From an uncultured Gammaproteobacteria bacterium (GTDB lineage Bacteria > Patescibacteriota > Patescibacteriia > Magasanikbacterales > UBA922): 64,000 nucleotides of DNA. The stretch covers positions 676-64,675 of the forward strand of contig CAYSXR010000004.1 of the NCBI GenBank assembly GCA_964435035.1, written 5' to 3'. Of the stretch, positions 48,357-58,004 are shown piece by piece; within the stretch, counting starts at the first letter, position 1, and each line of letters starts with the position of its first letter. The position numbers were made by a program, and so were the translations under genes. The notes below the pieces were generated by a model that had not been told where the DNA came from, did not search any database, and saw only the letters and a list, made by a program, of their open reading frames with translations.

Positions 48357-50009
48357 ATGAGCACACCTGCACAACTGTCTACAGTCAAACCTTGGTACAA
48401 AAAGAAATGGATCTATATAGTGGGAATTATTGTTCTTCTTGTCGGGGGCTATGTTTTTTCACAGTCACAAAAACAAAACAAAGGACCTTCGTATGAGACT
48501 TTTGTAGTTGAACGAGGGACGTTAACTCAGACTGTTGATGCTTCGGGAAACGTAAAATCAGCAGACGAACTTGATTTACGTTTTGAATCCAGCGGTCGAA
48601 TCGCAAAAATTTATACCGAGATTGATGCGCAAGTTCGTGCAGGAGCATTATTAGCTGATCTAAATTTGAGTGAAGTTAATGCTCGAATTGGGGAGGCAAG
48701 TGCTGGTGTAGGACAAGCTCAGGCTAATTTGTCCCAGATCAAAGCTGCGGGACAGGATGCAATTACGAATGCCAAAGCTGCTGTTGAAAAAGCACTGATT
48801 AATTTGAAATTATCTGAAGGTGGAATGAATAGTGAAATTGTTCGAGATACGTATAATGATGCTTTTGCGCTCATGGTACAGATTCAAGCAACCGTGTCTC
48901 AAGCAATCACGGCGGTTGATAATATTTTGGGCATTGATAATGAATTTGTAAATGATGTGTTTGAAACACAGCTTGGTGTTCAGAAACCAAGTACACTTAT
49001 TTCTGCTCGCAATCAATACCTACTTGCAACCATTGATCAAAATGCTTTTGATGCAAAAGCAAATTCGCTTTCTCTCGCTTCTTCTCAGGCTGATATTGAT
49101 GCGGCGATTATGGTGGCTGATAAAGTACTTACTTCTACCAAAGATTTATTGTATCAGGTTTCTGAAGTTCTTAATACATCGCCAGCAGTTGGTGGTTTGA
49201 CTCAGACTCTTCTTGATACAATGAAATCTTCGATTTCTTCTGAACGTTCTCTTGTTACGGCTAAACTCACTTCTCTTATTTCGCAGAGACAGGCAATTCA
49301 GGATGCAAAAAATAGTTATACTACAAATAGCGTTCTTTATGAACAAGCAAAACAGAATTTGATTAATGCGGAGAATAAGGCTGTGGCAGATGTAGCTGCG
49401 TATGAAGCGTCTATTCGATCTTCGCAAGCATCAGTTGGTGCAGCGGTTGCTAGTCGGAATAAATCTCGTATTGTCGCACCGATTGCAGGTAAGGTTGCTA
49501 AGGTGGCATTTAAGCCAGGTGAATTTGTAACGAGTCAAGATGCGGTGATAAAGCTTGTAAGTCCTCGTTTTGAAGTCAAAGTGGATATCCCAGAAACTGA
49601 TATTGTAAAAATTGCGAACGGAGTTTCAACTACAGTGACGCTTGATGCGTATGGAAATGATGTAAAATTTACTGGAGTGGTAACTGAAATTGAAACGGGT
49701 GAAACAGTGATACAAGATGTGGTGTATTATAAAGTTACCGTAGTACTTGAAGAAAAAACTGAATATCAGATATTAAATGGTATGACTGCTGACGTAATGT
49801 TCTTTACTGAAAATAAAGATAATGTTCTCTTTATTCCTCAACGAGCGATTCGTTCTGAAGATGTCAAAAAAATGGTTCGTATTCTTGAAAATGGACAAGT
49901 CCGTGAAGTGGAAGTGGTTACCGGACTTCGAGGAGATGATGGATTGATTGAAATTGTGTCTGGACTTGAACCAGGTCAGGAAATTGTAATTCGTGAGAAA
50001 GCGGAGTAG
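48357..50009 (+). CDS. Efflux membrane-fusion (MacA/HlyD-like) adaptor with a long coiled coil
   Basis: N-terminal TM, lipoyl half motifs, IVAPIAGKV, PETDI, GMTADV, IEIVSGLEPGQEI. Confidence 0.88.
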   Translation: MSTPAQLSTVKPWYKKKWIYIVGIIVLLVGGYVFSQSQKQNKGPSYETFVVERGTLTQTVDASGNVKSADELDLRFESSGRIAKIYTEIDAQVRAGALLADLNLSEVNARIGEASAGVGQAQANLSQIKAAGQDAITNAKAAVEKALINLKLSEGGMNSEIVRDTYNDAFALMVQIQATVSQAITAVDNILGIDNEFVNDVFETQLGVQKPSTLISARNQYLLATIDQNAFDAKANSLSLASSQADIDAAIMVADKVLTSTKDLLYQVSEVLNTSPAVGGLTQTLLDTMKSSISSERSLVTAKLTSLISQRQAIQDAKNSYTTNSVLYEQAKQNLINAENKAVADVAAYEASIRSSQASVGAAVASRNKSRIVAPIAGKVAKVAFKPGEFVTSQDAVIKLVSPRFEVKVDIPETDIVKIANGVSTTVTLDAYGNDVKFTGVVTEIETGETVIQDVVYYKVTVVLEEKTEYQILNGMTADVMFFTENKDNVLFIPQRAIRSEDVKKMVRILENGQVREVEVVTGLRGDDGLIEIVSGLEPGQEIVIREKAE

Positions 50010-50026
50010 GTCATACACATGAATTC

Positions 50027-50142
50027 AAATTATTCTAATTATACTAATTGATCTAATTATTCTAAGGGTCTGTAGTGAGTTAGAAATATTATATATTTTG
50101 AATTTTTTAGAGTATTTAGGTTAATTAGAATAATTAGGAATT
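50027..50142. repeat. Family A element
   Basis: AAATTATTCT AATTATACT AATTGATCT AATTATTCTAA ... TTAGAGTAT TTAGGTTAA TTAGAATAA TTAGGAATT. Confidence 0.85.
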
Positions 50143-50151
50143 CTTTCTGTT

Positions 50152-51603
50152 ATGATTGATCTCGCCAAAGTGTATATCACGATTGGAAAACTTGCGGAAG
50201 AGAAAAAAGTCCGTGCGCATGCAGTGGGTGGATTTGTGCGCGATATGTTGATGCATCGAGAATCAGTCAAAGATTTGGATGTAGTGGTCGAAGGTAGCGG
50301 TATTGAGTTTGCCAGGGCTTTCGATGAAGCAGTAAAACAAGAGGGAAGTCTGATTGAATTTTCTGATTTCGATACTGCGCGATATGTCTATACGACTGAG
50401 CAGGAGGATGGAAAAACTGAAAAAGTATTTGAACTTGAATTTGCGGGAGCGCGTAGTGAAGCATATAATGAGACTTCACGAAAACCTAAAGTGGTGTCAA
50501 CTACTCTCGAAGAGGATTTGAAGCGACGTGATTTTACGGTTAATGCTCTTGCATTACCGATTACTTCTCTCGGATTGGGTAATGAAATTATTGATCCCTT
50601 TGATGGAGCAATCGATATCGAAAAAAAAATACTTCGAACACCACTTGATCCTGATACGACATTTTCTGAAGATCCGCTTCGTATGCTTCGTGCGGCACGA
50701 TTTGCTTCACAGCTCGGATTTACTATTGAAGATACTGCGTATGATGCAATTACGCGTAATCGTGAACGATTGAAGATTGTATCAAAAGAGCGTGTGTGTG
50801 AAGAATTTTTTAAACTCCTTGCTACGCCGATTCCATCAGTCGGGTTGTGGATTTTGTATCAAACCGGACTTATTAATGAATTTCTTCCTGAGGTAAGTGA
50901 GTTGAATGGAGTTGAAGAATTGTACGGTCATCAGCATAAGAATAATCTCGTGCATACCTTTAAAGTGGTTGATAACATTTCTGAGCGTACGGAGAATGTA
51001 TTACTTCGATTTGCTGCACTCATGCATGATATTGGAAAACCTGGAACCAAATCATTTATTGCTGGTCGTGGTTGGGCTTTTGATATGCATGAACATTTGG
51101 GTCGAAAAATTGTACGTGATGTGGGGCGACGACTTCGAATGAGTAAGAGTGATATCGAATATGTGGCACTGTTGGTACGCTGGCATCAGCAGCCAATTGC
51201 ACTTATGGATGATGGGGTGACTGATAGTCCTGTTCGACGTTTGATTGTAAATTTGAAAGATAAACTTGATGATTTGCTCACACTTTGTCGAAGTGATATC
51301 ACTACTGGAAATCCATATAAGCTCAAGAAACGATTGAAAAATTATGATTTCCTTGAAAAGCGTATTGTAGAAGTAACTGAAAAAGACAAGCTTCGTGCGT
51401 TTCAGTCGCCTGTGCGTGGAGAGGAGATTATGGAGTTGACTCAGCTCAAAGCTGGTCCTACGATTGGAAAAATTAAGAAAGCTTTAGAAAATGCAATTCT
51501 TGATGGAAAAGTAGAGAACGATTATGAAAAAGTAAAAGAATATTTTTTCTCGATTAAAGATGAGTATATGAGTCAAGCGGAGGAATGGGAAAAACAAAAT
51601 TAG
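50152..51603 (+). CDS. cca: Class II tRNA nucleotidyltransferase (CCA-adding type) with an HD domain
   Basis: VGGFVRD..DLD, RRDFTVNA, EDPLRMLR, HDIGKP. Confidence 0.85.
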   Translation: MIDLAKVYITIGKLAEEKKVRAHAVGGFVRDMLMHRESVKDLDVVVEGSGIEFARAFDEAVKQEGSLIEFSDFDTARYVYTTEQEDGKTEKVFELEFAGARSEAYNETSRKPKVVSTTLEEDLKRRDFTVNALALPITSLGLGNEIIDPFDGAIDIEKKILRTPLDPDTTFSEDPLRMLRAARFASQLGFTIEDTAYDAITRNRERLKIVSKERVCEEFFKLLATPIPSVGLWILYQTGLINEFLPEVSELNGVEELYGHQHKNNLVHTFKVVDNISERTENVLLRFAALMHDIGKPGTKSFIAGRGWAFDMHEHLGRKIVRDVGRRLRMSKSDIEYVALLVRWHQQPIALMDDGVTDSPVRRLIVNLKDKLDDLLTLCRSDITTGNPYKLKKRLKNYDFLEKRIVEVTEKDKLRAFQSPVRGEEIMELTQLKAGPTIGKIKKALENAILDGKVENDYEKVKEYFFSIKDEYMSQAEEWEKQN

Positions 51604-51619
51604 GTCAATTAGAATAATT
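51598..51619. repeat. Family A right-arm half element
   Basis: AATTAGGTCAATTAGAATAATT, supplying the cca TAG stop. Confidence 0.7.
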
Positions 51620-51626
51620 ACTTGCT

Positions 51627-52352
51627 ATGTCCAAACTTATTGAAGTCAAAAATTTGAAAAAGCAGTACGAAAACGAGGAGGTAGTTACCAAAATTTTACA
51701 TGGAGTGACTTTTGATATTGATAAAGGTGAATTTGTTTCTATCATGGGTCCGTCTGGATCAGGAAAGTCTACACTTATGCATATTTTGGGTTTTCTTGAT
51801 ACCTTGTCTGAAGGAACGTTCTTTTTTGAAGGACAAGATGTAAGCATGCTTAGGGATGATCAGCTTGCTATCATGCGCAGCAAAAAAATTGGGTTTGTGT
51901 TTCAGGCATTTAATTTGCTCAATCGCTCGACGACACTCGAAAATGTAATGCTTCCACTGCTCTATACTGATGTGCCAAAGAAAGAGCGAATTCAGCGCGC
52001 AACCGAGCTTTTGAATCAGGTGGGATTGGGACACCGACTTGAATATTCCCCAAATAAATTATCTGGTGGTGAAAAGCAACGTGTTGCTATCGCGCGAGCG
52101 CTCGTTAATAATCCAGAAGTTATTTTTGCAGATGAGCCAACGGGAAATTTGGATTCAAAGTCTGGATTGCAAGTTATGAAGATTTTACAAGATTTGAATG
52201 AAAAAGGTCATAGTATTATTCTCGTAACTCATGAAAAGTATACTGCTGAACACGCGAAACGTATTATTCGCCTCAAAGATGGTGTCATTGAGTATGACAA
52301 GGAGGTTGAACAACGACAGCTCGCCGGAGAGAATGTGACACTTATGAAGTAG
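51627..52352 (+). CDS. MacB/LolD-type ABC ATPase
   Basis: [25 protein letters not shown]. Confidence 0.93.
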   Translation: MSKLIEVKNLKKQYENEEVVTKILHGVTFDIDKGEFVSIMGPSGSGKSTLMHILGFLDTLSEGTFFFEGQDVSMLRDDQLAIMRSKKIGFVFQAFNLLNRSTTLENVMLPLLYTDVPKKERIQRATELLNQVGLGHRLEYSPNKLSGGEKQRVAIARALVNNPEVIFADEPTGNLDSKSGLQVMKILQDLNEKGHSIILVTHEKYTAEHAKRIIRLKDGVIEYDKEVEQRQLAGENVTLMK

Positions 52353-52380
52353 TATTTTTTATAGAACATGTTTATTGTCT

Positions 52381-53619
52381 ATGGATTTTTTGGAAAGCAC
52401 AACTAATGCCTGGAAAATAATTACTCGAAGCAAGGCTCGATCTTTTTTGACCATGCTTGGTATTGTTATTGGTGTTATGGCTGTGATTATTGTGATGTCT
52501 GTTGGTGCAGGCGCTCAAAGTCTTATTCTTAATCAAGTAAAAGGGTTGGGGTCAAATTTGGTAGTTGTATTGCCTGGTGCTTCTGAAAATGATGGTCCAC
52601 CTGCCTCAGCACTTGGAATTGTGGTCACGACGCTTACATCGGAAGATGGGGAAGTAATTATGAGGGATGCATGTCCTTGTATCGAAGATTTGGCAGTATA
52701 TGTAACGGGCAATGATATTATTACTTCAGAAGCATATACGACGAGAGGTAATTACACGGGCACGAGTGCATCATATATACGAGTAGAAGATACTCAAGTT
52801 GAAACTGGTAGATTTTTTTCAGAAGATGAAGAAAAGAATTTTGCTCATGTGGTAGTACTTGGATCGGGAATCAAAAATGAATTATTTGAAAATAGTGATG
52901 CTATTGGTGAGCGTATTAGAATCGGCAAGGTGAGTTTTACGGTGATTGGTGTGATGAAACAGCGTGGGGTTTCTGGTTTCCAAAATCAAGATGATCAACT
53001 TTTTATTCCAGCAAGTGCTGCTCAAAAATTATTGTTGGGTGTCAATCACGTGAATTACATACGAATGAAAGTGGATAGTCCAGAGAATGTAGATGGTGCT
53101 ATGGAAGAGGTGAGGGCATTGCTCCGTGACAGACATGATATCAAGCCAGATGAGGATGCTGATTTTTCGGTACGATCGACAGCAGAGGGTTTGAGTGCAC
53201 TTACTAATATTACTAATGCATTGAAATTTTTTCTTGTTGCAATTGCAAGTATTGCATTGGTTGTTGGGGGATTTGGTATTATGAATATCATGCTTGCGAC
53301 CGTGCAAGAACGTACACGAGAGATTGGGTTGAGAAAAGCTGTAGGAGCGACTTCCAGACAAATTACATTTCAGTTTTTAATAGAATCAGTGGTGATTACG
53401 TTTGTCGGAGGAACGATTGGTCTTGTATTGGGAATACTGATTTCTATCATTGTTGCACAGGTTGCTCAAAAGTTGGGATATTCCTGGGATTTGGTTATTA
53501 CGGTTGGTTCAATCGTACTTGGGTGGGGAGTGTCTGTTGGAATCGGTCTCATGTTTGGAATATTACCTGCACGGCGTGCAAGCAAATTGAATGCGATTGA
53601 GGCTTTACGATATGAATAA
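52381..53619 (+). CDS. MacB-family ABC permease
   Basis: RSFLTMLGIVIG, GIMNIML, ERTREIGLRKAVGA. Confidence 0.92.
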   Translation: MDFLESTTNAWKIITRSKARSFLTMLGIVIGVMAVIIVMSVGAGAQSLILNQVKGLGSNLVVVLPGASENDGPPASALGIVVTTLTSEDGEVIMRDACPCIEDLAVYVTGNDIITSEAYTTRGNYTGTSASYIRVEDTQVETGRFFSEDEEKNFAHVVVLGSGIKNELFENSDAIGERIRIGKVSFTVIGVMKQRGVSGFQNQDDQLFIPASAAQKLLLGVNHVNYIRMKVDSPENVDGAMEEVRALLRDRHDIKPDEDADFSVRSTAEGLSALTNITNALKFFLVAIASIALVVGGFGIMNIMLATVQERTREIGLRKAVGATSRQITFQFLIESVVITFVGGTIGLVLGILISIIVAQVAQKLGYSWDLVITVGSIVLGWGVSVGIGLMFGILPARRASKLNAIEALRYE

Positions 53620-53630
53620 CATTATCACGT

Positions 53631-54860
53631 ATGATGTTTAAAGATTTATTTACGATTGCATCGGGAGCATTGCTCAGACAGAAAATGCGCACCATTCTTA
53701 CGGTGGTGGCGCTTAGTATTGGTATTGCGTCAGTTGTTATTATTGTTTCTGCAGGTAGAGGATTGGAATCAATGGTTCTTGGTGAATTGGATGTGTATAG
53801 TCCAAACACCATGAATGTCGAGGTGCGTGTCCCCGGTAAATCGGGTGGGGGCATGACGAGTGGAATCACTATTACCACTCTCAAAAATTCGGATATGGAA
53901 GCTCTTATGAAGCATCCAAATATTTCTCTTGCGTATAGTTATGTCACTAGTCAACAAGTTATTAAATATCGTGAAGAAAATCAGACGGTGACTGTATTTG
54001 GATATGGTGCATATGCTGCTGAAGTAGATAATGTAAAAATTTTAGAAGGAAGATTTTATACACCTGATGAAGAAGCATCCTTGGCACAAGTGGTATTTAT
54101 TGGATCAAAAATAAAAGAAGATTTTTTTGGTGATGACACTGCTATTGGTAAAAATATTTTTATCAAAGGAAAATCATTTCGTGTAGTTGGAGTCCAAGAA
54201 CCAATGGGTGCCTCATTTGGGTTTGATATGGATAGTGTCGTCTATATGCCAACTGAGACACTCCAGAAACGTTTTTTGGGTACGGACTATGTGATGGGGA
54301 TTAATGCACACGTGATTGATATGAGTCAGCTTGATTCTACCAAAGAAGATGTGGAAATGCTACTTCGTGAAAGACATGATATCACTGATCCAGATAAAGA
54401 TGATTTTGAGGTCGCTACCATGGATGAGATTAGAGACACACTTGAAACCGTAGTAGGTGGAATCACCTTACTTCTGATTGCTTTGGTATGTATTTCACTT
54501 ATTGTGGGTGGAGTTGGGATTACGAATATTATGTATGTGACAGTCTCTGAGAGAACGTTTGAAATAGGACTTCGTAAATCGCTGGGTGCTAAGTCACGAG
54601 ATATTTTATTACAATTTTTAATCGAAGCCATGCTCCTTACTTCCATGGGGGGTATCGTGGGGGTAATTTTTGGAGTATTAATTTCATATCTTGTATATCT
54701 TATTGCGACTAGTGTGGGGCTTAATTGGGTTTTTGCTGTACCATTGTATGCCGTGGTACTTGCGATTGGTTTTTCAACTACGGTAGGTTTGTTTTTTGGG
54801 CTCTATCCAGCAAAGAAGGCTGCACGGCTCAATCCGATCGAGGCATTAAGAAAAGAGTAA
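53631..54860 (+). CDS. MacB-family ABC permease
   Basis: GITNIMY, ERTFEIGLRKSLGA, PAKKAARLNPIEALR. Confidence 0.92.
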   Translation: MMFKDLFTIASGALLRQKMRTILTVVALSIGIASVVIIVSAGRGLESMVLGELDVYSPNTMNVEVRVPGKSGGGMTSGITITTLKNSDMEALMKHPNISLAYSYVTSQQVIKYREENQTVTVFGYGAYAAEVDNVKILEGRFYTPDEEASLAQVVFIGSKIKEDFFGDDTAIGKNIFIKGKSFRVVGVQEPMGASFGFDMDSVVYMPTETLQKRFLGTDYVMGINAHVIDMSQLDSTKEDVEMLLRERHDITDPDKDDFEVATMDEIRDTLETVVGGITLLLIALVCISLIVGGVGITNIMYVTVSERTFEIGLRKSLGAKSRDILLQFLIEAMLLTSMGGIVGVIFGVLISYLVYLIATSVGLNWVFAVPLYAVVLAIGFSTTVGLFFGLYPAKKAARLNPIEALRKE

Positions 54861-54864
54861 ATTG

Positions 54865-54964
54865 AAATTATTCTAATTGTACTAATTGACCTAATAATTC
54901 TAAAATTTAGAATTATTGAAATTTTTTAGGTTAATTAGAATAATTAGAGTACTTAGAATAATTT
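54865..54964. repeat. Family A element
   Basis: AAATTATTCT AATTGTACT AATTGACCT AATAATTCT ... TTAGGTTAA TTAGAATAA TTAGAGTAC TTAGAATAATTT. Confidence 0.85.
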
Positions 54965-55012
54965 CTCCTTCTCTTGCTTTTTTGAGGGATTTTACGCTAT
55001 ACTTAGGTCATT

Positions 55013-55732
55013 ATGTTCGAATTTATTTGGAACGAAATACTCTATCAGCCATTGTTCAATGTCCTTATCTGGATGTATAACAATGTTACTGATCATAATC
55101 TTGGCTGGGCTGTAATTTTTCTTACACTTGCTCTTCGAGTTTTGATGCTCCCTCTGTCGATTATTTCTGAGTATAATCGTGTGAGAAATCAAGAACTTGC
55201 TGCTGAAATTGATACCATGGGGCAGGATTTCAAATTTGATCCTATTCTCCGGAAGGAACATATTCGAAAACTCGTTAGAGCACGGAAAGTGCATCCTTGG
55301 GCAAAGACACTTGGACTCGCAGTTCAGCTTCTTGTATTGGTACTACTCTATCAAGTGTTCTGGCGTGGAATTACCGGCGAAAAGTTGATTACCTACCTCT
55401 ATGATTGGGTGGATTTTCCAGGGACCATTAATATCATGTTCTACGGCTTTAATTTGGCGGCCCATCATGATATAGTATGGGCGGGAATTGTAGCACTTCT
55501 CATGCTCGTTGAAGTGTATCTCGAGGTGAGACGGAATAAGAATGCACCGACCAAATCAGACCTTTTATATTTTATTTTATTCCCCTTAGCGACGTTCTAT
55601 TTGCTCTGGGTTCTCCCTATGGTAAAATCCCTCTTTGTATTGACTTCTATCCTATTTTCTGCTATAGTCAACCCTTTATTGCATAGTGCAATGAAGCCAA
55701 AAAAGAAGGAAAAAACTGATACTCATCATTAA
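55013..55732 (+). CDS. yidC: YidC/Oxa1-family membrane insertase (short form)
   Basis: LYQPLFN.L, NLGWAVIFLTLALRVLMLPL, LYQVF, FYGFNLA. Confidence 0.72.
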   Translation: MFEFIWNEILYQPLFNVLIWMYNNVTDHNLGWAVIFLTLALRVLMLPLSIISEYNRVRNQELAAEIDTMGQDFKFDPILRKEHIRKLVRARKVHPWAKTLGLAVQLLVLVLLYQVFWRGITGEKLITYLYDWVDFPGTINIMFYGFNLAAHHDIVWAGIVALLMLVEVYLEVRRNKNAPTKSDLLYFILFPLATFYLLWVLPMVKSLFVLTSILFSAIVNPLLHSAMKPKKKEKTDTHH

Positions 55733-55740
55733 TATCTTAT

Positions 55741-56364
55741 ATGGCTGATTCGTCACTCGATAAACTCATGTATTCATTCGTGATGGAGGATGTCCTCAAA
55801 GGACTGTTTATCTATGTTCCACCAGGATACGTGGCATGTGTCTATGACCTTGGTCGTGGGGTATTGAAGAAGGTATTGACACCAGGACTTCATTTCAAAA
55901 TTCCTTTTTGGCAGAAAGCAAAACTTTTTAATACTCAGACATTGGAATACGGTATTTCTCGCCAGTTTAATAGTGGAAATCAAAAAGCAATGGGGGATAT
56001 TCCAATTGCTGCCGTAACTCATGATAACAAGCGAATTGCAGTCGAAGGAACGATTCTTCTTCGACTTGATATTCATCAGATCCCGATGATCTGGCAGACG
56101 ATTGGTGAGGATTTTGTAGAAAAAATTATTCGCCCCACCATCCGCAGTCGTATGCGCATGGTTGCGACTCGATTCACCTATGAAGATTTGGTGGGAAGTA
56201 AGCGTGATGCGGTGGAAACTGAAGTAAAAAATGAACTTGAACGTATTTTCTATCCTCGCGGAATCTATGTAGAAAATATTCTTCTTAGTGAAATTTCTCA
56301 GGTTTCTGCTGGAAGTGGTGCGGGAGATGCTCCGAAGAAAGAGGATCATGGTGGACATCATTAA
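55741..56364 (+). CDS. SPFH/prohibitin-family protein
   Basis: PGLHFKIPFWQ, IIRPTIRS, GIYVENILL. Confidence 0.85.
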   Translation: MADSSLDKLMYSFVMEDVLKGLFIYVPPGYVACVYDLGRGVLKKVLTPGLHFKIPFWQKAKLFNTQTLEYGISRQFNSGNQKAMGDIPIAAVTHDNKRIAVEGTILLRLDIHQIPMIWQTIGEDFVEKIIRPTIRSRMRMVATRFTYEDLVGSKRDAVETEVKNELERIFYPRGIYVENILLSEISQVSAGSGAGDAPKKEDHGGHH

Positions 56365-56377
56365 GAATACTGTTTTT

Positions 56378-57232
56378 ATGGGAGAATTTCAGTCTGCTCA
56401 AGGGTTAGAAAATTTTCACCCTGTTGATCAATCTAAAAATGAAAATAATCGAGAGGGTGAAATAGTCGAAAACATAAGAAATAATCCATATTTTGTACGT
56501 CTGTGTAAAGGTTTTTTACGTTATCAAGAATTACTGACTACTCCTAATATCTCTGGGGAAGAAAAACAACAGTTTTTACAACGGATGCATGAATTGCATA
56601 GGATCGGCGATTTAAATGTTGCAAAACAAAATACAGAAGCTGTCTTTATGGCACCTGCTGATGTGGACGATGTCTTTGAATATGCTTTGCGTTATGCTGA
56701 AACTGGAGATTTTAACCCAGAACAGTTTTTACAATATCTTAGAAAAAATCCTGAAATTCTTATTGGTTTGTCTGAAGAGTGGAATCCAAAGAGTGGGGAT
56801 AGTAAGTTGGGTGAGTATGAGTATGTAAATAGTCTTGTTGCCTTTACTAAAAAAGATGATGAAACCATTTCGCTTCATATTCTTCCTGCAGGAACTTTAA
56901 AACCATCTGAGCTGATTACAAAGGTAGTTGAAGGTTTCCGAAAAATTGCCCATAAAATTTCTTTGGGTGAAATTTCATGCAAGCATATTGAAATGAAGTC
57001 TTGGATGCTTGGTAAGGGTCTCCAGGAAAAAATTACCCCGTTATTTTCTAAGATGGGTGATATTAACATTCATGAAATAGATCAAAACACTGAAGATGTG
57101 GTTGATATCCAGAGACTTGCATTGTTGTTTAATACGAAATCTCTTGAGCATTACTTACGCACCGGTATTCCACCTGAGGTTAGAGCGGCTGAGATTAACA
57201 GTAAAAACTTTACGCAGGCCTTCGTAAATTAA
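56378..57232 (+). CDS. Hypothetical protein
   Basis: Long ORF. The ATG at 56378 avoids overlap with the upstream gene. Confidence 0.6.
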   Translation: MGEFQSAQGLENFHPVDQSKNENNREGEIVENIRNNPYFVRLCKGFLRYQELLTTPNISGEEKQQFLQRMHELHRIGDLNVAKQNTEAVFMAPADVDDVFEYALRYAETGDFNPEQFLQYLRKNPEILIGLSEEWNPKSGDSKLGEYEYVNSLVAFTKKDDETISLHILPAGTLKPSELITKVVEGFRKIAHKISLGEISCKHIEMKSWMLGKGLQEKITPLFSKMGDINIHEIDQNTEDVVDIQRLALLFNTKSLEHYLRTGIPPEVRAAEINSKNFTQAFVN

Positions 57233-57249
57233 TAGTTTGGATATAGTAT

Positions 57250-57289
57250 AAAAGAGGCTCTTGACGCCTCTTTTTTGTAGTGGTATATT
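57250..57289 (+). promoter_or_regulatory. hrcA operon promoter overlapping an upstream terminator
   Basis: TTGACG-17 bp-TATATT (TG extended). The -35 lies in the loop of AAAAGAGGC/GCCTCTTTT. Confidence 0.7.
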
Positions 57290-57314
57290 ATCACTCAGAT
57301 AATACGAGTGATAA
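57288..57314. promoter_or_regulatory. CIRCE operator (variant)
   Basis: TTATCACTC-N9-GAGTGATAA versus the consensus TTAGCACTC-N9-GAGTGCTAA, directly before hrcA. Confidence 0.88.
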
Positions 57315-57315
57315 T

Positions 57316-57999
57316 ATGCTTACTCCTCGAAAAGAGACTATTCTCAAATATATTGTTGAGACCTATATCAAGGAAGCCGAACCAATCGGTTCCAAGTTGC
57401 TATCGGAAGATACAGGTCTTGAAGTATCTGGTGCGACACTCCGAAATGAAATGCGAGAGCTTGAGGAAGATGGACTTCTCACGCATCCACACACTTCATC
57501 GGGGAGAATCCCGACTGAGGCAGGGTATCGGTATTATGTGGAACATTTGATGAAGCCAGAAGTGATGGGAAAAAAGATTACTGATAAAATTGGTGCAGCA
57601 TTGGAGGAACATCGCGAGATTGATCGCAAGCTCAAAATTTTTGCACGTATTGTTTCTGAAATGTGTGGCACTGCAGTAATTGTTTCATTCAAAAAAGATT
57701 CATTATACTATACGGGTATTTCACACTTTTTCTCACAGCCAGAATTTCAGGATTATTCGTTCACCGTATCGGTGTCTGGAATATTTGATACCTGTGAAGA
57801 AGTGATGCCAGAACTCCATAAAGAGTATAGTGATACATTGCCACGTATTTCTATCGGATCAGAAAATCCATTTGGAACCATGTGTAGTGTAGTGGGTAAA
57901 AAATTGGACAATGATGTGCTCATTGCAATATTAGGACCCCTCCGTATGAGGTACAATCGAGCACTTACATTACTCAATTATACTAATGATGTATTTTAA
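57316..57999 (+). CDS. hrcA: Heat-inducible repressor HrcA (short form)
   Basis: EPIGSK, SGATLRNEM, PHTSSGRIPT..GYRYYV, LGPLRMRY. Confidence 0.92.
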   Translation: MLTPRKETILKYIVETYIKEAEPIGSKLLSEDTGLEVSGATLRNEMRELEEDGLLTHPHTSSGRIPTEAGYRYYVEHLMKPEVMGKKITDKIGAALEEHREIDRKLKIFARIVSEMCGTAVIVSFKKDSLYYTGISHFFSQPEFQDYSFTVSVSGIFDTCEEVMPELHKEYSDTLPRISIGSENPFGTMCSVVGKKLDNDVLIAILGPLRMRYNRALTLLNYTNDVF

Positions 58000-58004
58000 T
58001 CTCT

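Noticed and set aside
5363-54964. Dispersed repeats considered as CRISPR arrays
   Set aside because: There is no repeat-spacer-repeat array with constant repeat length, the units are 7-11 bp and inverted, and there are no cas genes.
55774-56361. Long antisense or alternate-frame ORFs (55774-56361, 60008-60577, 25534-26106, 22841-23446, 5410-5904)
   Set aside because: They overlap well-supported genes and have no motifs of their own, so they are shadow ORFs.
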